Of a stretch of 30,037 bases of DNA, positions 1 through 9,201 are shown in pieces. The position numbers were made by a program, and so were the translations under genes. The stretch is taken from assembly GCA_964565175.1 (NCBI GenBank), contig CAZMDZ010000001.1, forward strand, positions 1 to 30,037, in the 5' to 3' direction. The stretch is from an uncultured Planctomycetales bacterium (GTDB lineage Bacteria > Planctomycetota > UBA1135). Numbering within the stretch: position 1 is the first letter of the stretch; each line of letters starts with the position of its first letter. Under the pieces are notes generated by a model. The model had not been told where the DNA came from. It saw nothing but the letters and a program-made list of their open reading frames with translations, and made no database searches.

Positions 1-172
1 CACGAGGTTCAATAAATAATCTGCGGTTATGGGTCAGCCTGCGATTGAGTTGAGCCCAATACGACGCCTGTATACTTCGCTCAGAGTTAATTCGTTGCCT
101 AACATAGTCCGTTTGCACGCACTCCACCCACGAGTCGAACAGGATTTGCTTGATCAGCTTCCGCCCTTTCAT
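1..172 (-). CDS. Partial hypothetical protein (runs off window start), possibly the N-terminus of a PD-(D/E)XK-type nuclease
   Basis: Not in the ORF track because it has no stop inside the window. The ATG at 172 overlaps the TGA of the oxidoreductase (ATGA). 57 open codons: MKGRKLIKQILFDSWVECVQTDYVRQRINSERSIQASYWAQLNRRLTHNRRLFIEPR. The nuclease call is a weak inference from SERSIQA...FIEPR. Confidence 0.55.
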   Translation of the reverse strand, partial: MKGRKLIKQILFDSWVECVQTDYVRQRINSERSIQASYWAQLNRRLTHNRRLFIEPR

Positions 173-1461
173 TTCAGGTATTTCGACGGGAATTTCCACG
201 GCGCACGATACTCCGGCACCGAATGAGGGCTGCGCTTAAATGGAGACGCAATGGTTTCCCCAGAAAGTTGGCTGAGCGTTGCCAAAGTTATCGGCAGATC
301 CACCTTGGAGTGATACTCGACATTGCAGCTTGTTTGGCCGCCGTTGCGAATGCAGTCCAGCCATTCGATTTCGTGAATGCCGCCGTCGGGGGTAACCTTT
401 TCGACGGGGTCCAGCGGATCGAGGTCCATCGACTGAGAAATGATTTCGTGGTTACTGTAATCGGTGCGCAGAGTTCCGTTCGCGCCATGGAAGTAAACGC
501 CTAGCGCCCGGACCTTGGTGCCGAATTCATAACCATGATGATTGAACTGCGAAAAATGCCAGCGCATGGTCAGGTCTGGGTATTGCCAAATCACATCCTG
601 CGTATCGGGCGCGTCGCCATCTCCGCCGAGGATATAGCGGCCGCCGATGCAGCTTGTTTTTACTGGATAACCTAGTTCCAACGCCCACACTGGCAGGTCA
701 AGTAAATGCGGCGCCATGCCCGGCGTCCAACCGCCGGAGTACGCCATCCACGAGCAATGTTGAGCCGCATCATTGACCAGCAAGCGATTAAATTCACACT
801 CCTCGGCCGGGCCTAACCACAGGTCAAAATCAATATCATCCGGCGCCTCTTCTTTGGGCGCGGTGCCAATTCCATCCACCCCCATATTCCAACCCCAAAA
901 CATTTCGACGCGGCCAATTTTGCCCAATCGACCGGACCGGACCCAGTCCACCACTTGACGGTAGTTCGCGGCTTGATGGATTTGAGTACCGACTTGGGTA
1001 ACCACCTGGTGCTCGCGCATCGCATTGCGCACCGCCAGCGTTTCCGCGGGGTACATGGTCATCGGCTTCTGCAAGTAAATGTGCTTGCCCGCTTCGGCCG
1101 CTTCAATGGCTTGTAAGCAATGCCAGTGCGGCGGCGTGGCAATGATCACTGCATCGACCTCAGGGTTGCGCAAGACCTCTCGATAATCGGAGTAAGCCTT
1201 TGCATTCGGGTGAGTTTTCAACCACGCGTCGGTACGGTGTTCCTGCACATCGCAGACCGCAACCAATTCGGTATCTGGATCCGCCAACGACTGGCGCAAG
1301 TTGTGCGACCCCATTCCCCCACAACCAATCAGCGCCAAACCCAGCTTGTTCATTGCCGGACTGGTTTGCCCACGTCGGGATCGCGTCACCGGCAAAACAG
1401 GGCTGGTCAAAAATGCGGCGGCACCGCTGATTAAGGCTTCGCGTCGGGAGAGGGATTTCAT
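169..1461 (-). CDS. Gfo/Idh/MocA family NAD(P)-dependent oxidoreductase with Tat signal
   Basis: Twin-arginine leader SRREAL, Rossmann motif LIGCGGMG, IATPPHWH, YLQKPM, DFDLWLGPA. ATG at 1461 preferred over the GTG at 1470. Confidence 0.92.
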   Translation of the reverse strand: MKSLSRREALISGAAAFLTSPVLPVTRSRRGQTSPAMNKLGLALIGCGGMGSHNLRQSLADPDTELVAVCDVQEHRTDAWLKTHPNAKAYSDYREVLRNPEVDAVIIATPPHWHCLQAIEAAEAGKHIYLQKPMTMYPAETLAVRNAMREHQVVTQVGTQIHQAANYRQVVDWVRSGRLGKIGRVEMFWGWNMGVDGIGTAPKEEAPDDIDFDLWLGPAEECEFNRLLVNDAAQHCSWMAYSGGWTPGMAPHLLDLPVWALELGYPVKTSCIGGRYILGGDGDAPDTQDVIWQYPDLTMRWHFSQFNHHGYEFGTKVRALGVYFHGANGTLRTDYSNHEIISQSMDLDPLDPVEKVTPDGGIHEIEWLDCIRNGGQTSCNVEYHSKVDLPITLATLSQLSGETIASPFKRSPHSVPEYRAPWKFPSKYLK

Positions 1462-1474
1462 CGGCAGCACTAGC

Positions 1475-3169
1475 TTATACGAAGTACATCACTAGCGAGG
1501 CGCCCAAAATGATGGCTACCCACAGCACCATCGAACCGGTCGGCCAGGTACGAGCCAAAACTCCTTCTTGGCGGTGGTAGCCAGCAAGCCACAGGGTTCC
1601 TTTGGTCAGCGCGCCGACCGATGCCGCGCGGAAAGCTTTGTCCATCGCGGTGATGCGATTGGAAATGGTTTCGATCATGTGCGGCACGAAACGGCGGTAA
1701 AGCCAGTTGGCATCAAGGTTGGCCGAGCGCAGTTCCGGTGGGTAGATCTTGTAGATCCGCAGACTCAAGAACGCCAGAGCCGAGAACAGAAGCAATTGCA
1801 GTTGCGCCAAGACGTGACCGCTGGTGTATGGATCATACGTATTGGTGAAGGGCATCAGCGCGTACAGCGCCTGCGGATAACAACCGATGCCGATGCACAA
1901 GGTCGCCGAAATAGTCATGGCAATCAGCATGTTGCGCGGTGCTTCATGCGCGGTTTCGACATGCTTGGAGTCGTGGCTAAAGAAAGCGAAGAACGGGATT
2001 TTGATACCGGCGTGGTGGAACACACCTGCGGCGGCAAACAGCAACCCCAACCAAGCCACTTCGTAACCTTCGGCCAACACCGCCGAAACGATCATCGACT
2101 TACTGACAAAACCATTGAACAGTGGGAAGGCCGAAATCGACGCCGCGCCGATCATGCAAAGAATGACCGTCTTCGGCATCTTCTTATAAAGACCTCCCAA
2201 TTCCGAACCGCGCATTTCACCCGTAACGTGCAACACCGCGCCCATGCTCATCATCAGCAAGCCTTTGAATAACACATCATTAAAGGCATGGCCGACGGCG
2301 CCGTTGATGGCCAACTCGGTCCCCACGCCGATCCCCACCACCATAAAACCTAACTGGTTGATCATGCTGTAAGCCAACACCCGGCGCAGGTCGTTGGCGA
2401 TGACGGCGAAGAAGATCGGGAAGCACGCCATCGCCAGCCCGATGTAAATCATGACCTCGGTGCCAGCGAATCCACGCGCGAGTGCATAAATGGCGACCTT
2501 GGTAGTGAACGCGCAAAGGAATACGGTGCCGCACGGCGAAGCTTCGGGGTAAGCTTCGGTGAGCCAGGTGTGGACGAGCGGAAAACTTGCCTTGATACCA
2601 AAGGCAAGGAAGATCAATTTCCCAGCAACGGAGTCGATGCCGATGTGATTGAACTCCAAACTGTGCCCGAGCCGCATCCAGGCGATGGTGCCCGCGAGGA
2701 GCAGCACGCCCGAAAATACCTGCACCAACAGATAGCGCTTGGCGGCACCCATGGAACGTTTGGTGCGGCGAGCGACCACCAACACTGCCGACGTCAGCGC
2801 GAGGCCTTCCCAGAACAAGAAGAGGGTGAGCAAATCCCCAGCGAACACTGCACCAACCGCGCAGGCGGCATAGGCGATCGAGCAAACCAGCTGCGCGGTT
2901 TTCTTGACGTGAAGCGAATAAATAATGCCGATGAAGGCGGCGATGTGAAACAAGTAACCGAACATGCGCGACATCGCGTCGACGCGAACCGGAACTAATT
3001 CCATGCCAAGGAACTCTGAGCGCACCATTGCTTCGGGCGCCAAGTTGTAGAGGAAAATGCCGCCGACGATGGGCGCTGCCAGCATCAATGCGGCGCGCAG
3101 TTTGCCGCGGGTGACCAGCGCTAATAATGCACCGACGAAAAGTGGGACCGTGACGAAGATTTCAGCCAC
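1475..3169 (-). CDS. mrpD: Mrp antiporter subunit D-like (third copy, with C-terminal extension)
   Basis: Polytopic protein with LFLFWE, GIKASFPLVHTWL, AFTTKVAIY, RRVLAYSMINQLG and HAFNDVLFKGLL. True start is the GTG at 3169 with a GGAGG RBS; the ORF-track start at 3277 is too long. Confidence 0.88.
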   Translation of the reverse strand: MAEIFVTVPLFVGALLALVTRGKLRAALMLAAPIVGGIFLYNLAPEAMVRSEFLGMELVPVRVDAMSRMFGYLFHIAAFIGIIYSLHVKKTAQLVCSIAYAACAVGAVFAGDLLTLFLFWEGLALTSAVLVVARRTKRSMGAAKRYLLVQVFSGVLLLAGTIAWMRLGHSLEFNHIGIDSVAGKLIFLAFGIKASFPLVHTWLTEAYPEASPCGTVFLCAFTTKVAIYALARGFAGTEVMIYIGLAMACFPIFFAVIANDLRRVLAYSMINQLGFMVVGIGVGTELAINGAVGHAFNDVLFKGLLMMSMGAVLHVTGEMRGSELGGLYKKMPKTVILCMIGAASISAFPLFNGFVSKSMIVSAVLAEGYEVAWLGLLFAAAGVFHHAGIKIPFFAFFSHDSKHVETAHEAPRNMLIAMTISATLCIGIGCYPQALYALMPFTNTYDPYTSGHVLAQLQLLLFSALAFLSLRIYKIYPPELRSANLDANWLYRRFVPHMIETISNRITAMDKAFRAASVGALTKGTLWLAGYHRQEGVLARTWPTGSMVLWVAIILGASLVMYFV

Positions 3170-3584
3170 GGTTGTCCTCCGTTTCTTCGTCGGCCAGGAA
3201 GTCTTCACTGGCGTGGCCGATGTGCTCGCCGCCGTGATCGATTTCCTCAACCCCGATAAGGATGTCCGGCCCACCATCCGGCGCGGCGAGCGGGTATTCG
3301 TCGTAATAGTTCTCGGCGCGCATCACCACCTTGCGCAATTGCTTGGCAGCCAGCACCAAAAGCACGCACGAAACAAAACCGTAAACCGGATAGAACGCGA
3401 ACATTGCCTCCCACGGATGATCGTGATGGCAGTGAATCACCGCGTCGAGCAAAACGGTAATCGCGCACAAGACCAGCAGCCCGCGAATCACAAGCTTGAC
3501 GTTCTTCGGGTTGTCGAATAAGTGCTTCTTGTCGACCGACTTGTCCGGGGTCGGCTTAGCGTTGGCATGGGGCTTATCACTCAT
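3162..3584 (-). CDS. Small two-TM Mrp-associated membrane protein with acidic C-terminal tail
   Basis: ATG at 3584 overlaps the upstream TGA (ATGA). Two hydrophobic segments flank HCHHDHPW, followed by MRAENYYDE and an Asp/Glu/His-rich tail. Its stop overlaps the next start. Confidence 0.8.
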   Translation of the reverse strand: MSDKPHANAKPTPDKSVDKKHLFDNPKNVKLVIRGLLVLCAITVLLDAVIHCHHDHPWEAMFAFYPVYGFVSCVLLVLAAKQLRKVVMRAENYYDEYPLAAPDGGPDILIGVEEIDHGGEHIGHASEDFLADEETEDNRG

Positions 3585-5113
3585 TTCCCCACTCCCTGGG
3601 CGAGCGCGTGGAACGGGTGCGGGAAGAAGAACAGTAAAATACAACCCAGCGCGGTGATGCCGATGGCAATCAAACACGGCAGCGGCGCTTCTTGAATGGC
3701 GTCGCCGGAATCGAACTTATGGTCGTGACGGCTGATGGCGCGCGGCGAGAAAAATGCGCGCAACGGGATGACCAAAATGTAGGTGATGTTGAGCAGAGTC
3801 GAGAGCAGCAACACCGACATCAAAATCCAAGCGCCAGCGTCAAGCGTGCCTTGCACCATCATCCATTTACTCCAGGTTCCGCCCATCGGCGGCAGACCGA
3901 TGATCGACAACGCACCGATGGTAAAGCCAGCCATGGTCCACGGCATGTGACGGCCGATGCCATGCAACTCGCTCACCTTGGTGCGGTGCGACGCAACCAA
4001 AATCGCGCCCGCGCAGAAGAACAAAGTGATCTTGCCGAAAGCGTGCATGGCGATGTGCATGCTGCCCCCCACCACGCCAGCCGAGGTACCAATCATGGCG
4101 CCCAACACGATATACGCCAACTGGCTAATGGTGGAATACGCCAACCTTGCTTTGAGATTATCCTTCTTCATGGCGTAGAAGGACCCGGCAAGAATGGTGA
4201 AGCCGGCGACGTAACTGAGGAACAGCGCGCCGTCGAGTTGGGCGATGGTGTCGATGCCGAAGATGTAAACGGCGATTTTCATCACCGTGAAGACACCTGC
4301 TTTGACCACGGCGACGGCGTGCAACAAGGCGGAGACTGGCGTTGGGGCGACCATCGCGGCGGGCAGCCAGCGATGGAAGGGCATCAGCGCGGCCTTGCCG
4401 CTGCCGAAGACAAATAACAGCAGCAGGATGCTGAGCAGACCTTGGTCGATGTCGTCGGGGAAGATACCTCCAGCTGTAAATTCAAGAGTGCCGGTGAGGT
4501 GGTAAGTCCAAATCGTCGCCAGCAGCATCAGGGCGACGGAAGTGCCCATTAAGATCCCCAGATAAATGCGGCCCGCTTTGCGAGCTGCTGAGGTGCCGGC
4601 GTGAGTCACCAGCGGGAAGGTGGCTAGCGTTAACACTTCGTAGAAAACGAAGAGCGTCAGCATGTTAGCAGCCATGGCGATGCCCAGCGTGGCGCAGATC
4701 GAAACGGCGAAGCAGGTGTAAAAGCGCGTTTGATTGATCTCGCCGTGGCCGCGCATGTAGCCGATGGCGTAAGTCGCAGTGACTGGCCAGAGGAAGGAGG
4801 CGATCAGCGCAAAGAGGATGCCAAGCGGTTCAGGGGAAAGCGCAATGGCCAAACCCGGCATAGGCTCGGCAAGGACCAACCTGGGAATGGCGCTGGAGAG
4901 TTGCTTGGTTGCTGGGGCTGCTGCGTTTGCTGCGGCAGTGAGCTGGTCGAAATCGAGTTGGAGTGCGAAGGTGGTGGTGAAGCAGAACAGCACCGCGCCG
5001 AACACCAACATCAAGCCATCGCGTAGATTGGGGTTTTTGCGGGTGAGCAGAATGGCGGCGGCAGCGGCCAAAGGGGTGAGCAAAATGAGCTGCAGCAGGA
5101 GGTCTGGGCTCAT
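3581..5113 (-). CDS. mrpD: Antiporter-like subunit of the MrpD/MrpA-NuoL family (second copy, MrpA/NuoL-type TM8 motif)
   Basis: LFVFYEVLTL, GKAALMPFHRWLPAAMVAPTPVSALLHAVAVVKAG, LKARLAYSTISQL, HAFGKITLFFCAG. ATGA overlaps at both ends. Confidence 0.88.
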   Translation of the reverse strand: MSPDLLLQLILLTPLAAAAAILLTRKNPNLRDGLMLVFGAVLFCFTTTFALQLDFDQLTAAANAAAPATKQLSSAIPRLVLAEPMPGLAIALSPEPLGILFALIASFLWPVTATYAIGYMRGHGEINQTRFYTCFAVSICATLGIAMAANMLTLFVFYEVLTLATFPLVTHAGTSAARKAGRIYLGILMGTSVALMLLATIWTYHLTGTLEFTAGGIFPDDIDQGLLSILLLLFVFGSGKAALMPFHRWLPAAMVAPTPVSALLHAVAVVKAGVFTVMKIAVYIFGIDTIAQLDGALFLSYVAGFTILAGSFYAMKKDNLKARLAYSTISQLAYIVLGAMIGTSAGVVGGSMHIAMHAFGKITLFFCAGAILVASHRTKVSELHGIGRHMPWTMAGFTIGALSIIGLPPMGGTWSKWMMVQGTLDAGAWILMSVLLLSTLLNITYILVIPLRAFFSPRAISRHDHKFDSGDAIQEAPLPCLIAIGITALGCILLFFFPHPFHALAQGVGK

Positions 5114-6684
5114 GGCAACGCCTCCATTAAGTCTGCGGTCGCTCGGTCGGCGAGGCCGAAGGACATTTCGGTGTTAAGACCGAAGTAAATGTTGGCGGCG
5201 GCCAGCAGCAAAATGGGAATCAACATCACCAGCGGTGCTTCCCGAACGTCGCCGGTAACTGGACAGGAGACCGGGCTGCTGGGAGCTTCTTCCGTTTCCC
5301 CGGTTTGCGCGAAGGCGTGGCTGCTGGCAGCGGATTTTTGATCCATCTCGGCGGGGAAAGTGCCGAGGAAGGCAGCCTCCAAAATGCGGCCGATGTAGAT
5401 CAATGCCATGAAGGAGCCAAGCAGCACGAGCAAGGCAAGCGGCCACAGTCCGGCTTCGAAGGTGGCGGTAACCAGGTACCACTTGCTAATGAACCCAGCC
5501 GTTCCCGGTACGCCAATCAAGCTCAGTCCAGCAATGGCAATCGCCGCCATCGTCAGCGGCATCTTGCGCCCCAAGCCGCGGAAAGATTCAATCCGGGTGG
5601 AGCCGACGCGATACATCACTGCGGCCAACGCCAGAAACAAAGCACCCTTCATCAACGCGTGATTGAAGATGTGAGTGATCGCAGCACTGACTCCAGTGTG
5701 ATTGGCCAGCCCAATGCCCATCACGATGTAACCGATTTGAGCAACGCTGGAGTAAGCCAACATGCGCTTGACGTTCTTTTGGAAAATCGCGACCAGCGAC
5801 GCCGACAGGATGCCCGCGCATCCAAGGGTGACCAAAATCAAGTCGTACGGCAGCGCGCCAAGGGCAAAACCTATGCCGAAAATGCTCAGTAAGAATCGCA
5901 GCAGCGAATAAATTGCGACCTTAGTTGCAGTCGCCGCCAGGAATGCGCTGACCACAGATGGTGCGTAGGCATAAGCGTTCGGCAGCCATAGATGCAGCGG
6001 GAACATCGCCACTTTTAAACCGAAGCCGACGGTGACGAAAGCAAAGCCAACTCGAATCGTGCCGGTTTCGGCAACAGCCGGTATGCGCCGAGCCATGTCG
6101 TCCATGTTCAGCGTACCGGTCATCATGTAAAGGAGGCCGACGCCAATCAAAATGAAGGTGGCGCCGATCGAGCCCATAATCAAATATTGATAGGCGGCGC
6201 TTAGTGCGCGTCGGTCGCGGCCCATGCTGATCAAGGCATAGGAGGATAGGGACGAAATCTCGAGGAAGACGAATAGGTTGAAGGCGTCGCCGGTAATCGT
6301 CATGCCGGCGAGTCCGGTGAAGCAGAGCAAGAATGCCGCGTAGAACACCGAGACTCGGCGTTCGATGATCTCTTGGGTGACGCTGAGCCGCGAGGAGCTC
6401 AGCACCAGCGCGGCGATGGCATTGACGATGAGGAGGACGAGACCACCGAGGATGTCGATGCGGTATTCAATTCCCCATGGCGGCTCCCAGCCACCGAGTT
6501 GATAGCGCACTGTTCCGCTTTCGAGCACTTGCTGCAGCAGCAGGCAGGTGACAGCGAATGAACCCCAAACCGCAACTTGAGCAATCAACCGGGCGATGGC
6601 GCCGTTGCGGAACAACGATGCAATCGGCGCAGCAAACAGCGGAATCAAGATGACAAGAATGGGGAGGTGGTCGATCAAATCCAC
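5110..6684 (-). CDS. mrpD: Mrp antiporter subunit D (first copy)
   Basis: YQLGGWEPPWGIEYRID, DAFNLFVFLEISSL, GLKVAMFPLHLWLPNAY, ATATKVAIY, NHALMKGALF. GTG start with GGAGG RBS. Confidence 0.92.
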   Translation of the reverse strand: MDLIDHLPILVILIPLFAAPIASLFRNGAIARLIAQVAVWGSFAVTCLLLQQVLESGTVRYQLGGWEPPWGIEYRIDILGGLVLLIVNAIAALVLSSSRLSVTQEIIERRVSVFYAAFLLCFTGLAGMTITGDAFNLFVFLEISSLSSYALISMGRDRRALSAAYQYLIMGSIGATFILIGVGLLYMMTGTLNMDDMARRIPAVAETGTIRVGFAFVTVGFGLKVAMFPLHLWLPNAYAYAPSVVSAFLAATATKVAIYSLLRFLLSIFGIGFALGALPYDLILVTLGCAGILSASLVAIFQKNVKRMLAYSSVAQIGYIVMGIGLANHTGVSAAITHIFNHALMKGALFLALAAVMYRVGSTRIESFRGLGRKMPLTMAAIAIAGLSLIGVPGTAGFISKWYLVTATFEAGLWPLALLVLLGSFMALIYIGRILEAAFLGTFPAEMDQKSAASSHAFAQTGETEEAPSSPVSCPVTGDVREAPLVMLIPILLLAAANIYFGLNTEMSFGLADRATADLMEALP

Positions 6685-7043
6685 AGATCTACCTCCTTAA
6701 ACTTGTCGATGGCGTTGTCCCGTTCTTGGATTTCATCCTCTTCGACGGTGCCGTAAGCCTCGTGAATGCGAATGACCAACGCCAGCCCCACTGAAGTCGT
6801 CGCCACGCCAACGACGATTGCGGTCAGCATCAAAACGTGCGGAACTGGGTTGGAATAAACCTCGGTCCCCTCTGTCACGATCGGCGCAGTGCCTCCCGCA
6901 ACCTTGCCCATCGAGATATACAGGATGAACACCGACGTCTGGAACATGCCCAAGCCCACCATTTTCTTGCCCAAGTTCCCCTGCGAAATGACGACGTAAA
7001 AGCCTGCCATCATTAAAAACACCGAGAGTAGATAGTTGTACAT
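6675..7043 (-). CDS. mrpC: Mrp antiporter subunit C
   Basis: 122 aa, three TM segments, NPVPHVLMLTAIVVGVAT motif. Confidence 0.92.
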   Translation of the reverse strand: MYNYLLSVFLMMAGFYVVISQGNLGKKMVGLGMFQTSVFILYISMGKVAGGTAPIVTEGTEVYSNPVPHVLMLTAIVVGVATTSVGLALVIRIHEAYGTVEEDEIQERDNAIDKFKEVDLWI

Positions 7044-7044
7044 C

Positions 7045-8031
7045 TCAGTTGGGCAAAGTGGGCCGCCGCAGTCCGGAGAATGCGTAAAAGATGGTGAGGA
7101 TGACTGAGAATACGGCGACGCCGACTCCCAGTTCGATCAGCAAAATACCGAGGTGTTGACCATGCACCGGATCGTGGCCGAGCGCGTTGTAATCGAGAAA
7201 CTCGCGACCAAGGATCATGCAGGCGACGCCAGTTCCGGCGTAGATCAGCACGCCTGCCGCGGAAAGGCGGTACAGCCAATGCGGGGGTAGCACCCGGCGG
7301 ACGTCGGCTTCGCCGAAAACCAAGTCGTAGATGACGAAACCGGTTGCGAAGATCACGCCCGCTTGGAAACCACCGCCTGCGCCGTAGTCGCCGTGGAACT
7401 GCACGTACAAGGCGTAGAGCAGAATGAAGGCAATCAACACTTTGATCGGAACACGCAGTACCAATGCATCGCCGATGGCCAAGCGGCCTTGTTTTTTGTA
7501 TCGACCCTCGCGAATGCCTAGTAACAGCAGCACCGCCAACCCGGCGGTGAAGATCACCGTGGTTTCCCCCAAAGTGTCGTAGCCGCGATAGCTCGCCAAC
7601 ACCGACGTCACCATATTCGGCACGCCGATTTCGGTGGGCGAATCGTTGATAAACCGCGGCGCCATGTGCTGGTGAATGGGCGCCATCGGGTCGCCAAATT
7701 CAGGCATGTCGGTCAAGCCGTACAACAACGCCCCGCCGGTAATGATGACGACTAATAATGGCAGCAACGGACTGCGTCGGCGTTTGCTTTCGAAGCGGCC
7801 GGTTAAGCGCAAGGTGCTGAGCATCAAGACGGTGGATATTCCCGCGCCAACAGCGGCTTCGGTGAAAGCCACGTCGACGGCATCGAGAGTCATAAAGAGA
7901 ACGGCGGTTAAAAAACTGTAAATCCCGAACAGCATGACCACCGCAAAGAGATCCACGGTTCGAATGGCGACCAAGGAGACGAAAATCAAGAACGCCATTA
8001 ACACCAAGTTGATCAGTTGGTCGATACTCAT
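7045..8031 (-). CDS. mrpB: Mrp subunit B: DUF4040 (MrpA C-terminal-like) domain fused to MnhB domain
   Basis: True start is the ATG at 8031 (ATGA overlap, GAGGGGGA RBS). DAVDVAFTEAAVGAGIST (DUF4040), NMVTSVLASYRGYDTLGE, and HGDYGAGGGFQAG (MnhB). Confidence 0.88.
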   Translation of the reverse strand: MSIDQLINLVLMAFLIFVSLVAIRTVDLFAVVMLFGIYSFLTAVLFMTLDAVDVAFTEAAVGAGISTVLMLSTLRLTGRFESKRRRSPLLPLLVVIITGGALLYGLTDMPEFGDPMAPIHQHMAPRFINDSPTEIGVPNMVTSVLASYRGYDTLGETTVIFTAGLAVLLLLGIREGRYKKQGRLAIGDALVLRVPIKVLIAFILLYALYVQFHGDYGAGGGFQAGVIFATGFVIYDLVFGEADVRRVLPPHWLYRLSAAGVLIYAGTGVACMILGREFLDYNALGHDPVHGQHLGILLIELGVGVAVFSVILTIFYAFSGLRRPTLPN

Positions 8032-8378
8032 TCCCCCTCGCCGGGCTTGGCCTCTGCTTCGGTGCCGTTTGGCTGATCGAAGCTCAGCGGGGTTTGACCG
8101 TCGCGCAAGGCCGCTTTGACCATTGCGTGAGTGGCAGTGGGATTGGTGAAGAGCACAAAAAGCAAAACCGCGAGCAGCTTTAAGCTGTCGAGTGACCAAC
8201 CCGTTTGCAGCATGACGCCAGTGAGTATCAATGGCGCTGCAAGAGTTTCGGTGACACTGGCGGCGTGTACGCGCGAGAAGAAATCTGGTAAGCGCAAAAC
8301 GCCAACGCTGCCAGTGATCGCCAGGAAGCCGCCGCTTAAGAAGCAAATCCAACTGAGCACGTCGATCACTAGGCTCAT
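8028..8378 (-). CDS. mrpG: Mrp antiporter subunit G
   Basis: GVLRLPDFFSRVHAAS and LFTNPTATHA motifs. GGAGG RBS, ATGA overlap. Confidence 0.92.
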   Translation of the reverse strand: MSLVIDVLSWICFLSGGFLAITGSVGVLRLPDFFSRVHAASVTETLAAPLILTGVMLQTGWSLDSLKLLAVLLFVLFTNPTATHAMVKAALRDGQTPLSFDQPNGTEAEAKPGEGE

Positions 8379-8659
8379 CGAATTTCCTCCGTTTTTGAAA
8401 TCTCGGTCTCGGAGCGATCGCGTTCGAAGTAGCGCATGATGGCCACCGTGCTAACGAAGTTGACCAACGCGTAAAGCAACGCGATGTCGACGTAACTATT
8501 CCAGCCCAACGCATGACCACCAACTGCAATCAATAACACAGTGTTGGTGCCGAACATATTCGTTGCCAGCATCCGGTCGTATGCAGTGGGTCCGCCGAAG
8601 GAGCGGAGCAAGGCCAACGCCATCGACATAAAAATCGCCAGCAACGCTGCGAGGAACAT
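8375..8659 (-). CDS. mrpF: Mrp antiporter subunit F
   Basis: GPTAYDRMLA and YVDIALLYALVNFVST. ATG at 8659 lies 2 nt after the mrpE stop. Confidence 0.9.
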   Translation of the reverse strand: MFLAALLAIFMSMALALLRSFGGPTAYDRMLATNMFGTNTVLLIAVGGHALGWNSYVDIALLYALVNFVSTVAIMRYFERDRSETEISKTEEIR

Positions 8660-8661
8660 GT

Positions 8662-9129
8662 TCAGAGTTTCAGCTTTCGGATTCTTCTTTCCATCTCGCC
8701 GTCGTTGAGTTCGGCGAGGTTGTCTTGGGTCAAACAATGAACGGAAAGATGGTCGTCACGAGCGCCTGTGGTCAGAGTTCCGGGGGTAAGAGTGATGGAA
8801 TTGGCATAGAGCGTCTTTTTCAACGGGGTTGTAATTTCCGTATCGATGCGTGCCCAAGTGGGGTGGATAGGCAGGTCAGGATTCCAAATGCAGCGCACCA
8901 CACTAATGTTGGCGCGGATCACTGCGCCGCTCAGCCAGAATAAATAGCCAAAAAGGCCGGGGCTGACGCGCATAAAGCTGGCCTCTTGATCGGTGCGATC
9001 CATGCGTGCGAGCAACCACACAACCAACGCCACCGAGACAAATCCCAACCCTAGCAGCAGGGCTGTGAAGTGCCCTGACAGCAGTACCCAGAACAGGCAC
9101 AAGAAAAGAGTGAGAACGAAGTAGTACAC
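8662..9129 (-). CDS. mrpE: Mrp antiporter subunit E
   Basis: FWVLLSGH N-terminus and ANSITLTPGTLT signature. Confidence 0.92.
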   Translation of the reverse strand: MYYFVLTLFLCLFWVLLSGHFTALLLGLGFVSVALVVWLLARMDRTDQEASFMRVSPGLFGYLFWLSGAVIRANISVVRCIWNPDLPIHPTWARIDTEITTPLKKTLYANSITLTPGTLTTGARDDHLSVHCLTQDNLAELNDGEMERRIRKLKL

Positions 9130-9201
9130 GGTGGCGGTCTCGCTCAGAGAACCAAGCCCAACAGTGAGTTAGTTCAATGTAGCCGGCTAGACCAGGGCAA
9201 T

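Noticed and set aside
1475-6684. Complex I (nuoL/M/N) or hydrogenase membrane arm
   Set aside because: Neighbours are mrpB/C/E/F/G, and no NuoH, Fe-S or NiFe subunits occur in the window.
9130-9201. Promoter or operator upstream of mrpE (10-bp palindrome tagccggcta at 9180-9189; TTGAAC on the minus strand)
   Set aside because: No matching -10 element at proper spacing, and a single short GC-rich palindrome is expected by chance.
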